Source: Octopus vulgaris
Taxonomy: Eukaryota
Assembly: GCA_951406725.2 (NCBI GenBank)
Contig: OX597838.1
Coordinates: 6,076,001 to 6,140,000 of the forward strand
Direction of reading: 5' to 3'
Length of the DNA: 64,000 nt
Shown here in pieces: positions 40,003-51,146 of the stretch (position 1 is the first letter of the stretch; the number at the start of each line of letters is the position of its first letter). The notes under the pieces were generated by a model, which worked only from the letters and a program-made list of their open reading frames with translations, was not told where the DNA came from and searched no databases. A program made the translations under genes and the position numbers.

Positions 40003-40163
40003 ATTTTTACTCTCCTTGGTTTTTTCTGTGTCCCCTTCTGTAGAAGAGCGTAGGCTCGAAACGTAAAAGACTTTTTCTATTCCTGAGCGTTATACTAATA
40101 CATCTGTTTGTTTTGTACACCACCTGTCTTCGTCTTTTGTTTGTTTTTTTCGTAAACTCTCTC
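40003..40163 (+). mobile_element. Hammerhead-bearing short element related to 29378
   Basis: Same gagc..gctcgaaacgt and ttcctgagcgt; its 3' part (taatacatct.tttgttttgtacaccacctg) recurs at 61836-61900 between (TA)n tracts. Confidence 0.7.
40034..40069 (+). ncRNA. Minimal hammerhead-like fold (CUGUAGA core variant)
   Basis: cctt / CTGTAGA / A / gagc-gtag-gctc / GAAA / CG / TA / aaag; perfect stem II; one stem I mismatch. Confidence 0.55.
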
Positions 40164-41380
40164 TTGATGATGATATATGTGCATAACTAAATTTTCCTGG
40201 GGACAGGATACAATGCCGGTGATGGCGGCATTTACGCCAAATTTCATCACATTTGAATTCCAGACATTTGTATTATAATTGCTTTGCAACTCACTGAGGT
40301 AGTACAGATATTACTTTAATCAATATCACACGTTTTTTGCGAGTTTCTCCCAACGGTGTTTAAGATATCATAGCTAAAATGATATTGAACAACACATGCT
40401 CTGTTTGGTGATTTAAAACTTGTTACTGCTCAAATTGTTCTTGCATATTCATCGAATCGATAGTGTCTCTTTGAATCAATGAGTTCTTTTATTAAGCACT
40501 ATATTTTATGCCCGACAATTGCAAAATAAACTGCATTCAAACAATTTATTATGTAATCAGGATTAATAACGATATTCCAAATAATTTTGATGTATTTTCA
40601 CTCATGTGGATTAACACTCATATGTCTCCAGTAGACGTAAAATGTGTATTCGTCGCTGTGTTAGCGCTGGAATTAAATATAAAACCATTTGTAAACACAT
40701 TACAGCTATTTCACGGCTGTGATATTAATCTTCTGCTTGTTCATTGATCGAATTTATTGCATCTTTTGGAATGAAATATTTTACTGTATATTGCCCACCT
40801 GGCTATTACAAAATTTCCAGCATTCAAACAGTTGATCGCATAACCAGAAGTAATAAACAAAATATCAAATAATTTATTTGTTTGTAGTCTGCATTACACA
40901 AACAGTCAGCTGTTTATTCCATCTTGCAGATCTATTTATGTCAATACGTTCCACACAATTTCCAGTGGAACATTTCTAAAAGATATCATGATTTCTCTTG
41001 AATATATTCAGACATTATTTTATATTGCCAATCTCAAAGGAGAAAATCATTATATAATGGGAAATAATACAAAACAGTAGGAAAATTAAATGAATGCTGC
41101 CGTTTAAGTTACGGGATCGAACGAACCAGTCTCTAGTTTACTGCAGGACAAATGTAAAGAGAATCAAAGAGACTTTTTGCGCCAAATTTGAGAGAACATA
41201 TATCACAAAATTGTAGACCAGAAAGCGCTTAGTTTTATTTTCTCCACTGTATATACTTCCTTAGTCAGTATTCATTGTCCACTTACATATGTTTCCGTAT
41301 GCAGTCGTCCAATGATTATTGATGTCTGCGCGCGCATATACATATATATATATAATATATATATATATATATGTATATTA

Positions 41381-41582
41381 CGGAGATGACCTTGCATAGC
41401 AAGTGGTTTGATCTGAGATCGTGTGCTGAAATGAAAACAAGTGCAGCGTGGAAGGTGTTTGTAAGCCATTTAAGACACACACAAAAGCCGTTCGATTCAC
41501 TTCAACATTTAAGTTTAATTTGTCAAAATATTTTTGTCGCTTTAAGACCGCGACCTGTTCACTGACAAAAATCCGTGCTGCA
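41381..41582 (-). mobile_element. TA-flanked hammerhead-bearing short element
   Basis: Unique ~200 bp unit between (TA)n tracts carrying the 41519-41569 fold. Confidence 0.6.
41519..41569 (-). ncRNA. Minimal hammerhead fold with compensatory G3-C8 core; GAAA decayed to AAAA
   Basis: Minus strand: tttgtca / GTGAACA / g gtcgc-ggtcttaaa-gcgac / AAAA / ATAT / TT / tgacaaa; 7-bp stem I and 5-bp stem II are perfect. Confidence 0.6.
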
Positions 41583-41627
41583 TCTCTCTCTATATATATA
41601 TGTATATGTGTGTGTGTGTGTGCGTGT

Positions 41628-41693
41628 GTGGAGGCGCAATGCCACAGTGGTTAGAGCAACAGACTCGCGGTTTCGTTTTCCAGACCGGGCGTT
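41628..41693 (+). mobile_element. SINE C tRNA head only
   Basis: gtggaggcgcaatgccacagtggttagagc...cagaccgggcgtt; deletion between the two cgcggt repeats relative to 8707 and 42570. Confidence 0.75.
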
Positions 41694-41831
41694 TCTACAG
41701 CTGAGTGAAGTTGAACATCGTGAAATAAAGTGTCTTGCTCAAGAACACAACACGCAGCCGGGTCCGGTAATCGAACCATTACCTCCTGATTGCGAGTGCT
41801 ACGCTGTAACCACTGGGCCATGGGCCTTCAC
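41692..41831 (-). mobile_element. tRNA-derived SINE family D (5' part)
   Basis: Reverse complement gtgaaggcccatggcccagtggttacagc...ggttcgattacc...tgttcttgagcaagacactttatttcac...cactcagctg, with A and B boxes and a CORE-like start. Confidence 0.8.
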
Positions 41832-42141
41832 CCTTCATCATATGCACACACTCACACAACGACACACACACACGAGAAAGTGCTCTAATGATTGGTGAAT
41901 TTGGCAAATACAGGAATTGAAAGCAATCTTGGCAACATTTCATTATTTTGGGGGTAGATAAGAAACTTTTAAATATACCATGTTTATACTGTAGTGTTGA
42001 TTTTAAGACTTCGATTTTTAGTTAAAATATGATTATGTATTTCATAACAAAATTCCAACACATGGGCATATTTGAGAATCAGATACTTTGAAGGTTCTTA
42101 GGCCAACAGTTAGAAGTACTCTGCATAGTACTCACCAAGAT

Positions 42142-42530
42142 GAGGCTGTGTGATAAGAAGTTTGTTTCCAAACTACACGGATCCGGATTTTGTGCTTCTA
42201 CGTAGCACCACCGGCAAGTTTCTTTTACTGTTTCCAGGATTGGTAGCGAATTTAGCAGACGAAAGTGAAAGACGTTTCTGTGTATATGTGTGCGTTTTTG
42301 TTTGTGTGTGTGTGTGTACATTTGTTGTCCCGTTTTTTGGTCCCCACAATTGCTTGGTCACCGGTGATTATTTACAACACCCCTTAAATTTGCGGTTCGG
42401 CAAAAAGCAACCGATCGAATTACTACCAGACCTTCAAAAATTGAGTACTATGCTTGAATTGTTCTTCTAAACTCTACAAATTGGTTCCCATCATGATTCC
42501 AGTCCAGTGACTGAAACAAGTAGAAACAAA
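42142..42530 (+). mobile_element. SINE family A, degenerate
   Basis: ggctgtgtgataagaagtttg...gcggttcggcaaaa...gactgaaacaagtag. Confidence 0.78.
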
Positions 42531-42569
42531 ACTTTGGTTAATAATTTTACCATTGGTATTGTCGATTAA

Positions 42570-42850
42570 GTGGATGCGCAATGATCCAGTGGTTAGGGCA
42601 GCGGACTTGCGGTCGGAGGATCGCGGCTTCGATTCCCAAACCGAGCGTTGTGTGTGTTTATTTAGCGAAAACACCACTTTTGTACTCTTTCACCCCAACT
42701 TTCTCTCACACTTTGTTCCTGCTTCTTGAGCAACGCTGCGATAGACTGGCGTCCCGTGCAGCTGGGGGGGGGGCACATACGCCACAGAAACAGGGAAACC
42801 GGGCCCATGAGCCTGGCTAGACTTCTAAAAGGGCGCTTAAAGAAAAAAAA
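42570..42850 (+). mobile_element. SINE family C with third tail type and A-rich end
   Basis: gtggatgcgcaatgatccagtggttagggcagcggact...ctgcgatagactggcgtcccg...gaaaccgggcccatgagcctggctag...aaaaaaaaa. Confidence 0.88.
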
Positions 42851-43409
42851 ATTATCGAATAAAGTGTCATCATCGAATTCCTATGATGTTTATTTGATCA
42901 AGTCCTATAGGATGAAACAGAAAAACCAGATATCCGAAGGATTCGAAATCACAACACAGGGGAACCTAAATAAACAAAAATAGATATAATGTTAGTCTTG
43001 CAACTGATTGTTTGCCAATCAAATGTCCTTTGTGAAGCACATACACTATGTTTCTGAATTTTCTATTATATGTATACGTTTCTATATTTTGCCACTCCCT
43101 CCACCACCACCACCTCTATTAAAGTTCTAACACCAAATATTCTACAAATCACTTGTTTATGTGTGCATAATTAATGAGGTTACATATCTGACATTTTAAC
43201 ATTTTTCATACTGACATTTAGTGATCGATATAATTATTTTTGTTTCTTTTTTTCCTTATGGTATTCTAGTATTATTAAGAGCGTAATGTTCTTCATTCAG
43301 AGATGTAACAGAATGGAATGGGGGAGAAATCTAGATACACTGGGAGGAAATGGGAAGAAATGAGAGAAAGCGGGAAAAAAAGGGAGAAAGATTATGTATG
43401 AATGTATGC

Positions 43410-43451
<42 letters not shown>

Positions 43452-43454
<3 letters not shown>

Positions 43455-43606
43455 GGAGTAAACAGATAAATATGTGAAACAAGGTGGAAAAAAGAGTACT
43501 CAAATACCAGTGGTAGAGTAATACGCAAAAAACTGTCCGATGAACGGCAACGCGAAACTCAGAGTAACAGGTTTTGCTGAATTTTCTGCTGCTTTAAATA
43601 AAGTAT
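43452..43606. mobile_element. TA-flanked hammerhead-bearing short element, possibly internally inverted
   Basis: Bounded by (TA)n on both sides; hammerhead followed by aataaa; left part purine-rich as if in the opposite orientation. Confidence 0.6.
43533..43570 (+). ncRNA. Type I hammerhead-like fold (CCGAUGA core, GUA site)
   Basis: ctgt / CCGATGA / acg-gcaa-cgc / GAAA / ctc-a-gag / TA / acag; GCAA tetraloop on stem II; A.C at the stem II base. Confidence 0.6.
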
Positions 43607-44179
43607 ATATATATATATAATGTGTGTGTGTGTGTGTGTGTCTTTATGCGTATGTATATAGTGTATTTATATGTATAATTGTAGATGTATGTGTGTATAG
43701 ATGTATGAGAAAATACAACGGGAAAAGGCAGAAAATGTGAGGTAGTTGCAAAATGTTCGAATCCTAGTGTGGGGTTATCACAGAGAGATAGACAAATATA
43801 TGGCTATATTCATATGACTGCTTTTGTGATTGTGATCACTTGGTGCCTAGACCAGACATCAAAGGTGTCACAATTTTTTCAAAATTTGTTTCCGTTTCCA
43901 GCTATTGGGTTTTCTGGGTGAGCCTTGCTGCGCCCGTGAAGACGCAAAGGTTCTACCAACACACTGCATGCCGCAATCACCACATTCAGAAAGGATCTGT
44001 GAAGAATAGAGCTACAGAGTTCCCTGGAGACCCCCAACATTTCACGAAGATCTTGGCTTGTCTGTGTATGTGTTCATATGTGAGTGATTGTGCATGCGCG
44101 CGTATGCGTTTGTTCGCGTGTTTGTGTATACATACGTGCGTGTACGTATGTGTGTACCTGTACGTGTGCGTGAAAGTCA

Positions 44180-44243
44180 TATATATATATATAAATGCAT
44201 ACACATCTACATATATATATATATATATAAATGCATACACATC

Positions 44244-44290
<47 letters not shown>
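44180..44290. repeat. Tandem duplication (AT)n-aaatgcatacacatctac x2
   Basis: Direct inspection. Confidence 0.9.
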
Positions 44291-44294
<4 letters not shown>

Positions 44295-45619
44295 TACATG
44301 AAAATCTATTAACTTTGGGAGAACGAGAAATAATTTTCTTTTAGGAACATTGGATCTCGAAGTAGATAAACAATAAATAGTATAAATATTGGTTCAAAAC
44401 ATCTGTTTTGCAGAGATGTAAGGTTTCTCTCCCTCGGGCAGACTCTGGCTTTTTATTCAATTCTTTTTTTTTAAATTGTTAACGCAATGTCTATACGCCG
44501 CTATTATTTATAGCTTATCTGCTTCGAGATCCGACATACAAAGAATAAAATTATATCGCTACAAAGGCACAAATGTTTTCCTGTGTACATGCGTTTATGG
44601 CTGTGCATGTTTATATAGCTTTCATAGGTGATTTTGAGAATCCATCTTTTCTGATATCTTTTTATGTAGATATGCTTGTCTTAATCTTCGTTGCGCGTGT
44701 GTTCGTGGATGCACTCATGTGTGTGAGAGTGTGAAGCTACGCAAATATGTTTCCTTGGCTTTTTTACGTTTCTCATTCCCTTTTTATATCTCCATACTTT
44801 ACTTTTCTTCTTCCCGTCGATATTTGACCGTTTCTTCCAATAATTATTGTTAGTTCTTTTATTTATTTATATATTTCTATTCTACAACAAGGAATTACTC
44901 CCTTTTTTTTTTTTTTTGGTTTTGTTTTTCACGTTCCAACTGATTTATTTGTCTTAGGAGCATGTGCTATTCAATTGTATATTATAATTTTTCCTCTTCT
45001 GTTCCACCAACTGCAGCATATGCTTTCCGCCATTTTCGAAACCGTGTAATATTTTTTTCTTTTTTTTTTTGCTTCTTACCTCCTTTTATCTTTTCAATAA
45101 ACTTGATTTGCAAGAAGACTGCCTAAATCTTTCTCCGATACTGCGCAGATCGATCAATCAATGTGTGTTATCTCATATCGCTTGCCATTTTCAGTAGCTT
45201 TTTTCTTTCGTATTCTTATGATTATTGCTGCTGCTATTATTATTATTATTATTATTATCAGCCGCAGCTGCATAGGCAATTGGTACTGTAGTAGTAATAG
45301 CGGTAGTAGCTGTAGTATTATTTTGCTATTTTTCATTTTATTTTTAAGGCCTGTTTCCTTTATTTTCTTTCACTTTCCCTTTCCATATGTATCAATGTTT
45401 ATACGTATATATCTGTGCCTCTGTATATATATATATATATATACACATGGAGAGAGAGAAAGAGAGAGAGAGGTATATACTTACATGCATGCAATATATA
45501 CATGTATACGCAAGTTTGGGAGTGTCTGAACATCTCCGTGTGTGATATATACTGGTTTCTAACCTGACCTAAAAATATCATCTATTTACATGTGTCTGTA
45601 TACCACAATTAGCATTGTA

Positions 45620-45817
45620 TAGTCTATGCACAACGCCTGAAATTCTGTGAAACTGGAGAGTCGATTACATAGACTCAACTGCTACTTACTTCATTGACCT
45701 CGAAAAGATGACCCCTAAATTTCACACCAGCTGATTTTCAAGTCAGAACGTAAAGACGAACGAAATGCAGTTACGCATTTTGTCCGGCGTGCTACAGTTT
45801 CTCTAAGCTCGCCGCCT
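45620..45817 (-). mobile_element. SINE family B (older)
   Basis: cagaacgtaaagacgaacgaaatgc...gcattttgtccggcgtgcta...agctcgccgcc. Confidence 0.8.
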
Positions 45818-45836
45818 TTGTTATATTTCTAATAAT

Positions 45837-46048
45837 ACTTTCTACTGTATACGCAAGGCCTGAAGTATGGGGAAAAGTATTAAGTCGATATGATCGACCC
45901 CAGTGCGTAATTGGTACTTATTTAATCGACCCCGGAAGGACGAAAGGCAAAGTCGACCTTTGCGAGATTTGAACAGAGAATATATTGACAGACGAAATAC
46001 CGCTAAACATTTCTCCCAGGGTGCTAACGATTCTGCCAGCTCGCCGTC
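45837..46048 (-). mobile_element. SINE family B (younger) with probable 17-bp target-site duplication
   Basis: Full head and core; flanked by gttatatttctaataat (45820-45836) and gttataattctaatgat (46052-46068). Confidence 0.88.
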
Positions 46049-47520
46049 TTGGTTATAATTCTAATGATTGTTCTTACCTGTACCAATCACAAGGACACCA
46101 CACTTAATCATTTCTTGAATTCGCAAATTTTATACCTCTCTTAATTACGATCGATATTGTTGTTTACAAGGATGTCCTCTGTATTTAGAATTCATATGTA
46201 GTGAAAGACGTACAAGCAAAGATTACCTTGCCATCACTAATTTTTTTTCCAGTGTGTGTTCATTTTGAACATTGCAAAATGGTGTTTCCAAGGTATATAA
46301 ATAACACCGCTAAGTGGTGTAATATCAATTCCACGACGAAATACTTTTGGAGCAACGTTCTCTTAACATTTTAGGAGGAACTATTTTCGATCTCTCATGG
46401 TTTACTTTCCATCAGCAGCTTTTTGTCAATACAGCACTTAATATTACTTTTTGCTTTCTCTCATAAATTCCTAAGGCAAATTATCTTGTATTCCGGTTTT
46501 AAAATATTATCCAGCTTTCGGCATATATTCTTTCTCGCACTCGCTGTCTGTTTTTCTCCCGCTCTCTCTTTCTCTCCATTTTTCTCTCTCTCTCTCTTCC
46601 CCTAAGTAACTGTCAACGACATGTAGATGAGACAGGCTTTGACGAAAGACTGTTGTCATCAATTCCGTTAATCTAACTTCACAACATTATCAGCCATCAC
46701 CTTCGACAACATCTGTCTTAAATGCCCAGACAACAGCTACCTGCATCCCTCACCACAACCCTATTAAACGATTTACTCTAAAAGATACATAGCAACACAT
46801 TATATAAAAAAAAATCGTATATAATGTTTTATTTTTAAAATGATTATCAATGATTTAGAGAGTAAGTTTATGATTCATGAATAATACATAACACAATTTA
46901 TCATGATGTTACGGAATAAAAATCAAATATTACAACATAGATATATGAAATAAAAAATAAAATAAAAATTGACTTTTTTAAATACACCCCACCTAGAAAT
47001 ACGTTTCACCATTTGCGCATATGTTGTTTGACGCATTTTTTTTCTTTCCTTATTTTTTTTTTTTCAGTATAGTTTCTCTTTTGTAGACTGATTGATTGCT
47101 TGGTTGATTAAACAATCGATCGATATCTCTTTGTGAATGGTTTTTTTTTTTTTTTGATTATTTGATTTGATTTTGAATTTTTATTTTTCAATGTGACCAT
47201 GTTTGAAATGTTTTAAACTCTGTTTTATGTAAATACAACGTTTTAAAAAAGATCGTTAAATAGTCGGTGATTAAAGCATTAAAAGAAAGGACATTTTATA
47301 ACTTTAAACCAAATATGTTCACTGATAGTTAGTTTAAATAAAAGTTATGGGGAAATAACCTATATATATATATATATATATATGGAAGAATATAATATAT
47401 TCTAAATGTGTTGCGTGGTTTATATTTTTTTGTATTATACACCATTAATCGTTTCACTTACGCGTCATTTGTAACTCTTTCATTTCGGAGATTGACTTAT
47501 ATATCAGCAGAGCTATATGC

Positions 47521-47566
<46 letters not shown>

Positions 47567-47894
47567 TATATATATAATGTATTTTGTGTGTTATTGTATA
47601 CATGTACCTTGAAACGAAAGACTAAAATTCATCACTAACGAAAGCAAAATCCATTTGATGTTCAAATGGTTTTATCGTACTCAATGCCGAATTTAATTAA
47701 AGCAGATGCATGGTATATTACACACACACATACACACATGTATAAACGCATACACACGCATATAATTGGATTATACAGCACATCTATACATACGGTGTTT
47801 AACTGAATGAGCAACAGTTGTATTTCGATGAATAAAGACTGTGAAAATTCACAGCCATTCTCATTTGTCAATTATTTTGTGTGTGTATTTTTCT

Positions 47895-48240
47895 TGTTGG
47901 TGATCCGGCAGGATCGTTAGAATGCTGAAATGATATGTTATATTATTTTTGCAGTTTTACTTCCATAGTTTATATCCTTGTGATGTAAAGTTCGTTTCTC
48001 ATCCCTGCTTCGCCATTAAAATACTGTATGTGCCTCGTACTTGCTTCCATACAGGAGACTAATCATTTTCGCTCTTAATATCATTTCATCCGACTTCTTA
48101 CATTTTGGTTTCAAGTACAACTGAAAAGAACTTTGCTTCCATCGTTTGAGGTCAATAAATAAAGTACTTGTCTAATACTAGGATGACTGTTATTGATTTG
48201 CCTCCTCCCTTTACAATTAATGGCCTTGCACAAATATAAT
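47895..48240 (+). mobile_element. Two very degenerate SINE B copies in tandem
   Basis: ggcaggatcgttagaatgc; actttgcttccatcgtttgaggtcaataaataaagtac; tggccttg. Confidence 0.55.
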
Positions 48241-48314
48241 CTGCATTACACAAAAATTCCGCTTTTCTAGCGACCACCCTGTATATAAATAGATGCATTC
48301 ATGCACATAAACGA

Positions 48315-48468
48315 GGGGCTTCTTTCGATGTCTGTCCACCATGTGTTGTCATCAAGGTTTGCTCGAACCGAAGCGAGAGAAGAAACACTTGACGAAGCTA
48401 CCACATGGTGGGACAGAATACATTATCATGTGGCTGGGAAGCCAACAGCTTACCACACACATAGCCAT
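48315..48468 (-). mobile_element. SINE family A 5' half, degenerate
   Basis: ggcttctttc...aacacttg...gtgggac...catgtggctgggaagc...cttaccacac. Confidence 0.7.
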
Positions 48469-48727
48469 ATTGTCTTAGCAATTTTGGGCTAGTTTACTAT
48501 TCATTTAGCCCTGTATTATGAAAATGTGGTACACTACAATTATCATCATCACACCGAAACCTCTACTTTAAAGAAATTCATTTCATAGAGTGGTTGGAAA
48601 TAAACCTTCATTTTAACTTTAACGTGAGATTTCAATGTGATTCTCGTTGAAATTTTTTAGGAGTTCTTACTAACTCGTAGTTGTACATCAATATTCCCTT
48701 GGTCAAAAATTCACATATTTTAATAAT

Positions 48728-49122
48728 AGGTGTGTGGCTGTGTGGTAAGTAGCTTGCTTACCAACCACATGGTTCCGGATTCAGTCCCACTGCGTGGTAT
48801 GTTGGGCAAGTGTCTTCTACTATGGCCTCGGGCCGACCAAAGCCTTTTGAGTGGATTTGGTAGACGGAAACTGAAAAGAAGCCTGCCGTATACATATGTA
48901 TATACATGTATGTGTGTCTGTGTCTGCACCCCCCCCCAACATCGCTTGACAACCTATGCTAGCTTGTTCATGTCCCCGTAACGTAGCGGTTCGGCAATAG
49001 AGAAAGATGGAATAAGTACTAAGCTTACAAAGAACAAGTCTTGGGGGTCGATTTGCTCGACTAAAAGCGGTGCTCCAGCATGGCCACAGCCAAATGACTG
49101 AAACAAGTTAAACAGTAAAAGA
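48728..49122 (+). mobile_element. SINE family A, near full-length
   Basis: gtggctgtgtggtaagtagcttgcttacc...gcggtgctccagcatggcc...gactgaaacaag. Confidence 0.92.
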
Positions 49123-49436
49123 ATATGTATGTGTGTGTGTGTGTGTGTGTGTGTTTACGTGCGTGTGCGCGCGTATTCACCGTTTAGTCTCAAAATGGTT
49201 TTAGGTTATTTGGAATCAATTTGGTGAATTCATTTCATTCTTGAAGATATCCACTTCAACTTATTCATTTTGCAAGACCATTTCCGATCGTAATTCATGT
49301 TTTGGAAGATAAATCACAATCCAAACTAAGTAATGCCGCAAGCAAGACACATGTGACGCTGTGTGGCGAATACAGAAACGAATGCAACGTATGTGTATAC
49401 ACAAACGCCAGTTTATCTCATCGTGAGTGAGTGTCT

Positions 49437-49489
49437 ATACATACATATATATATATATACACATACATACATACATATACATACATACA

Positions 49490-49521
<32 letters not shown>

Positions 49522-49649
49522 CATATATATACATACATACATATACATATACATACATACATACATACATACATATACATATACATACATACATATACAT
49601 ATACATACACACATACATACATACATATACATATACATACATACATACA

Positions 49650-49681
<32 letters not shown>

Positions 49682-49683
49682 CA

Positions 49684-49715
<32 letters not shown>

Positions 49716-49727
49716 CATACATACATA

Positions 49728-49759
<32 letters not shown>

Positions 49760-49923
49760 CATACATACATACATATACATACATACATACATATACATAC
49801 ATACATACATATACATACATACATATATACATACATACATATACATACATACATATACATACATACATATACATACATACATACATATATACATACATAT
49901 ATACATACATACATATATATACA

Positions 49924-49955
<32 letters not shown>

Positions 49956-50022
49956 CATACATACATACATATACACACATACATATACATACATACATAT
50001 ACATACATACATATACACACAG
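49437..50022. repeat. ~585 bp (ATAC)n/(ATATAC)n compound microsatellite
   Basis: Direct inspection; source of the ~200-aa spurious ORFs. Confidence 0.97.
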
Positions 50023-50534
50023 ATACAATCAATGATTTCCTCATTTGATATTATATTGCTTTTCGCGAGTTCTTGACGCATTGCAAATATTTTAATTTTA
50101 CTCCCTACTTTGTGTCATCTGTTTTAGTATCAGGTGAAATCTGTCAGATATTAAAACAATAATGCTGCAGGCATGCAAATATATATATATAAAGCTGTTG
50201 ACAAAAGCGTCTCATTAATTCTAGAGTCAAGTGTGTTGGGTATTTTGTTGTATTTCCCCATTGATTACCGATTGTTTCACTGCCAATATCTCCCCGCCTC
50301 TGCCAACGAGGTTTATCGAAGATTTTATAACTAACTTTTCCTCTCTGTCTGCATGTGTGTATGTGTATCTCTATCTCTCTGTCTCTTTCTCTGCGTCTTT
50401 TCTGACCCTCTGCTTATCTTTTTGTTTTAATACAAACACAGACAAATGCACAAAAACAGTCCTTGCTTACACTCATTTCTCTAGCTGTTTGTTCCGTATA
50501 CATCAGTATGCGTGTATATGTGAGTGCATCCATC

Positions 50535-50925
50535 CATATATATATATATATATATATACGTGTGTGTGTGAGGTTGTATATATGTGTGTCTATATACGTG
50601 TGTGTGTGAGTTTGTATATATGTGTGTCTATATATGTTTAGATGTAAGTATATATGTGTATATATATATATATGTATATATACGCATATATGTATATACA
50701 TGTATATATGCGCATATATGTATATATATGTATATATATATATGCATATATATATATGTATATAAGCATATATGTATATATATGCATATATATATATATA
50801 TGTATATAAGTATATATGTATATATATGCATATATATATATGTATATAAGCATATATGTACATATATGCATATATATACATGTATATATATGCATAAATG
50901 TATATGCATATATATATGTGTGTGT
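50535..50925. repeat. Compound (TA)n tract with repeated atgtatataagcatatatgt units
   Basis: Direct inspection. Confidence 0.92.
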
Positions 50926-51103
50926 GTTTGAGCGTATACATGCATACCTGTGTGCCTATAGGCATATATATGACTATACACACACAAGCACACATGTATG
51001 CATGTCGCTTCAACCGTGTTTCTGACGTGAATTTGCTACCCTGGTTTCGGTTCAACGAATTTTCGATGCTGACGATAAACATAGGATAATTCATTCACCT
51101 ATT

Positions 51104-51146
<43 letters not shown>

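Noticed and set aside
45154-45336. ORF with signal-peptide or TM-like hydrophobic run
   Set aside because: Hydrophobicity comes from (ATT)n and (AGT)n microsatellites
48255-48285. caccctgtata, a Tc1/mariner-like TIR end
   Set aside because: No matching opposite TIR or transposase sequence found nearby
49363-50081. Six overlapping ORFs of ~200-237 aa
   Set aside because: Translations of an (ATAC)n microsatellite that lacks stop codons; the same applies to the Y/I/C/V-rich ORFs at 1364-1915, 11011-11577, 24897-25580 and 50414-51094
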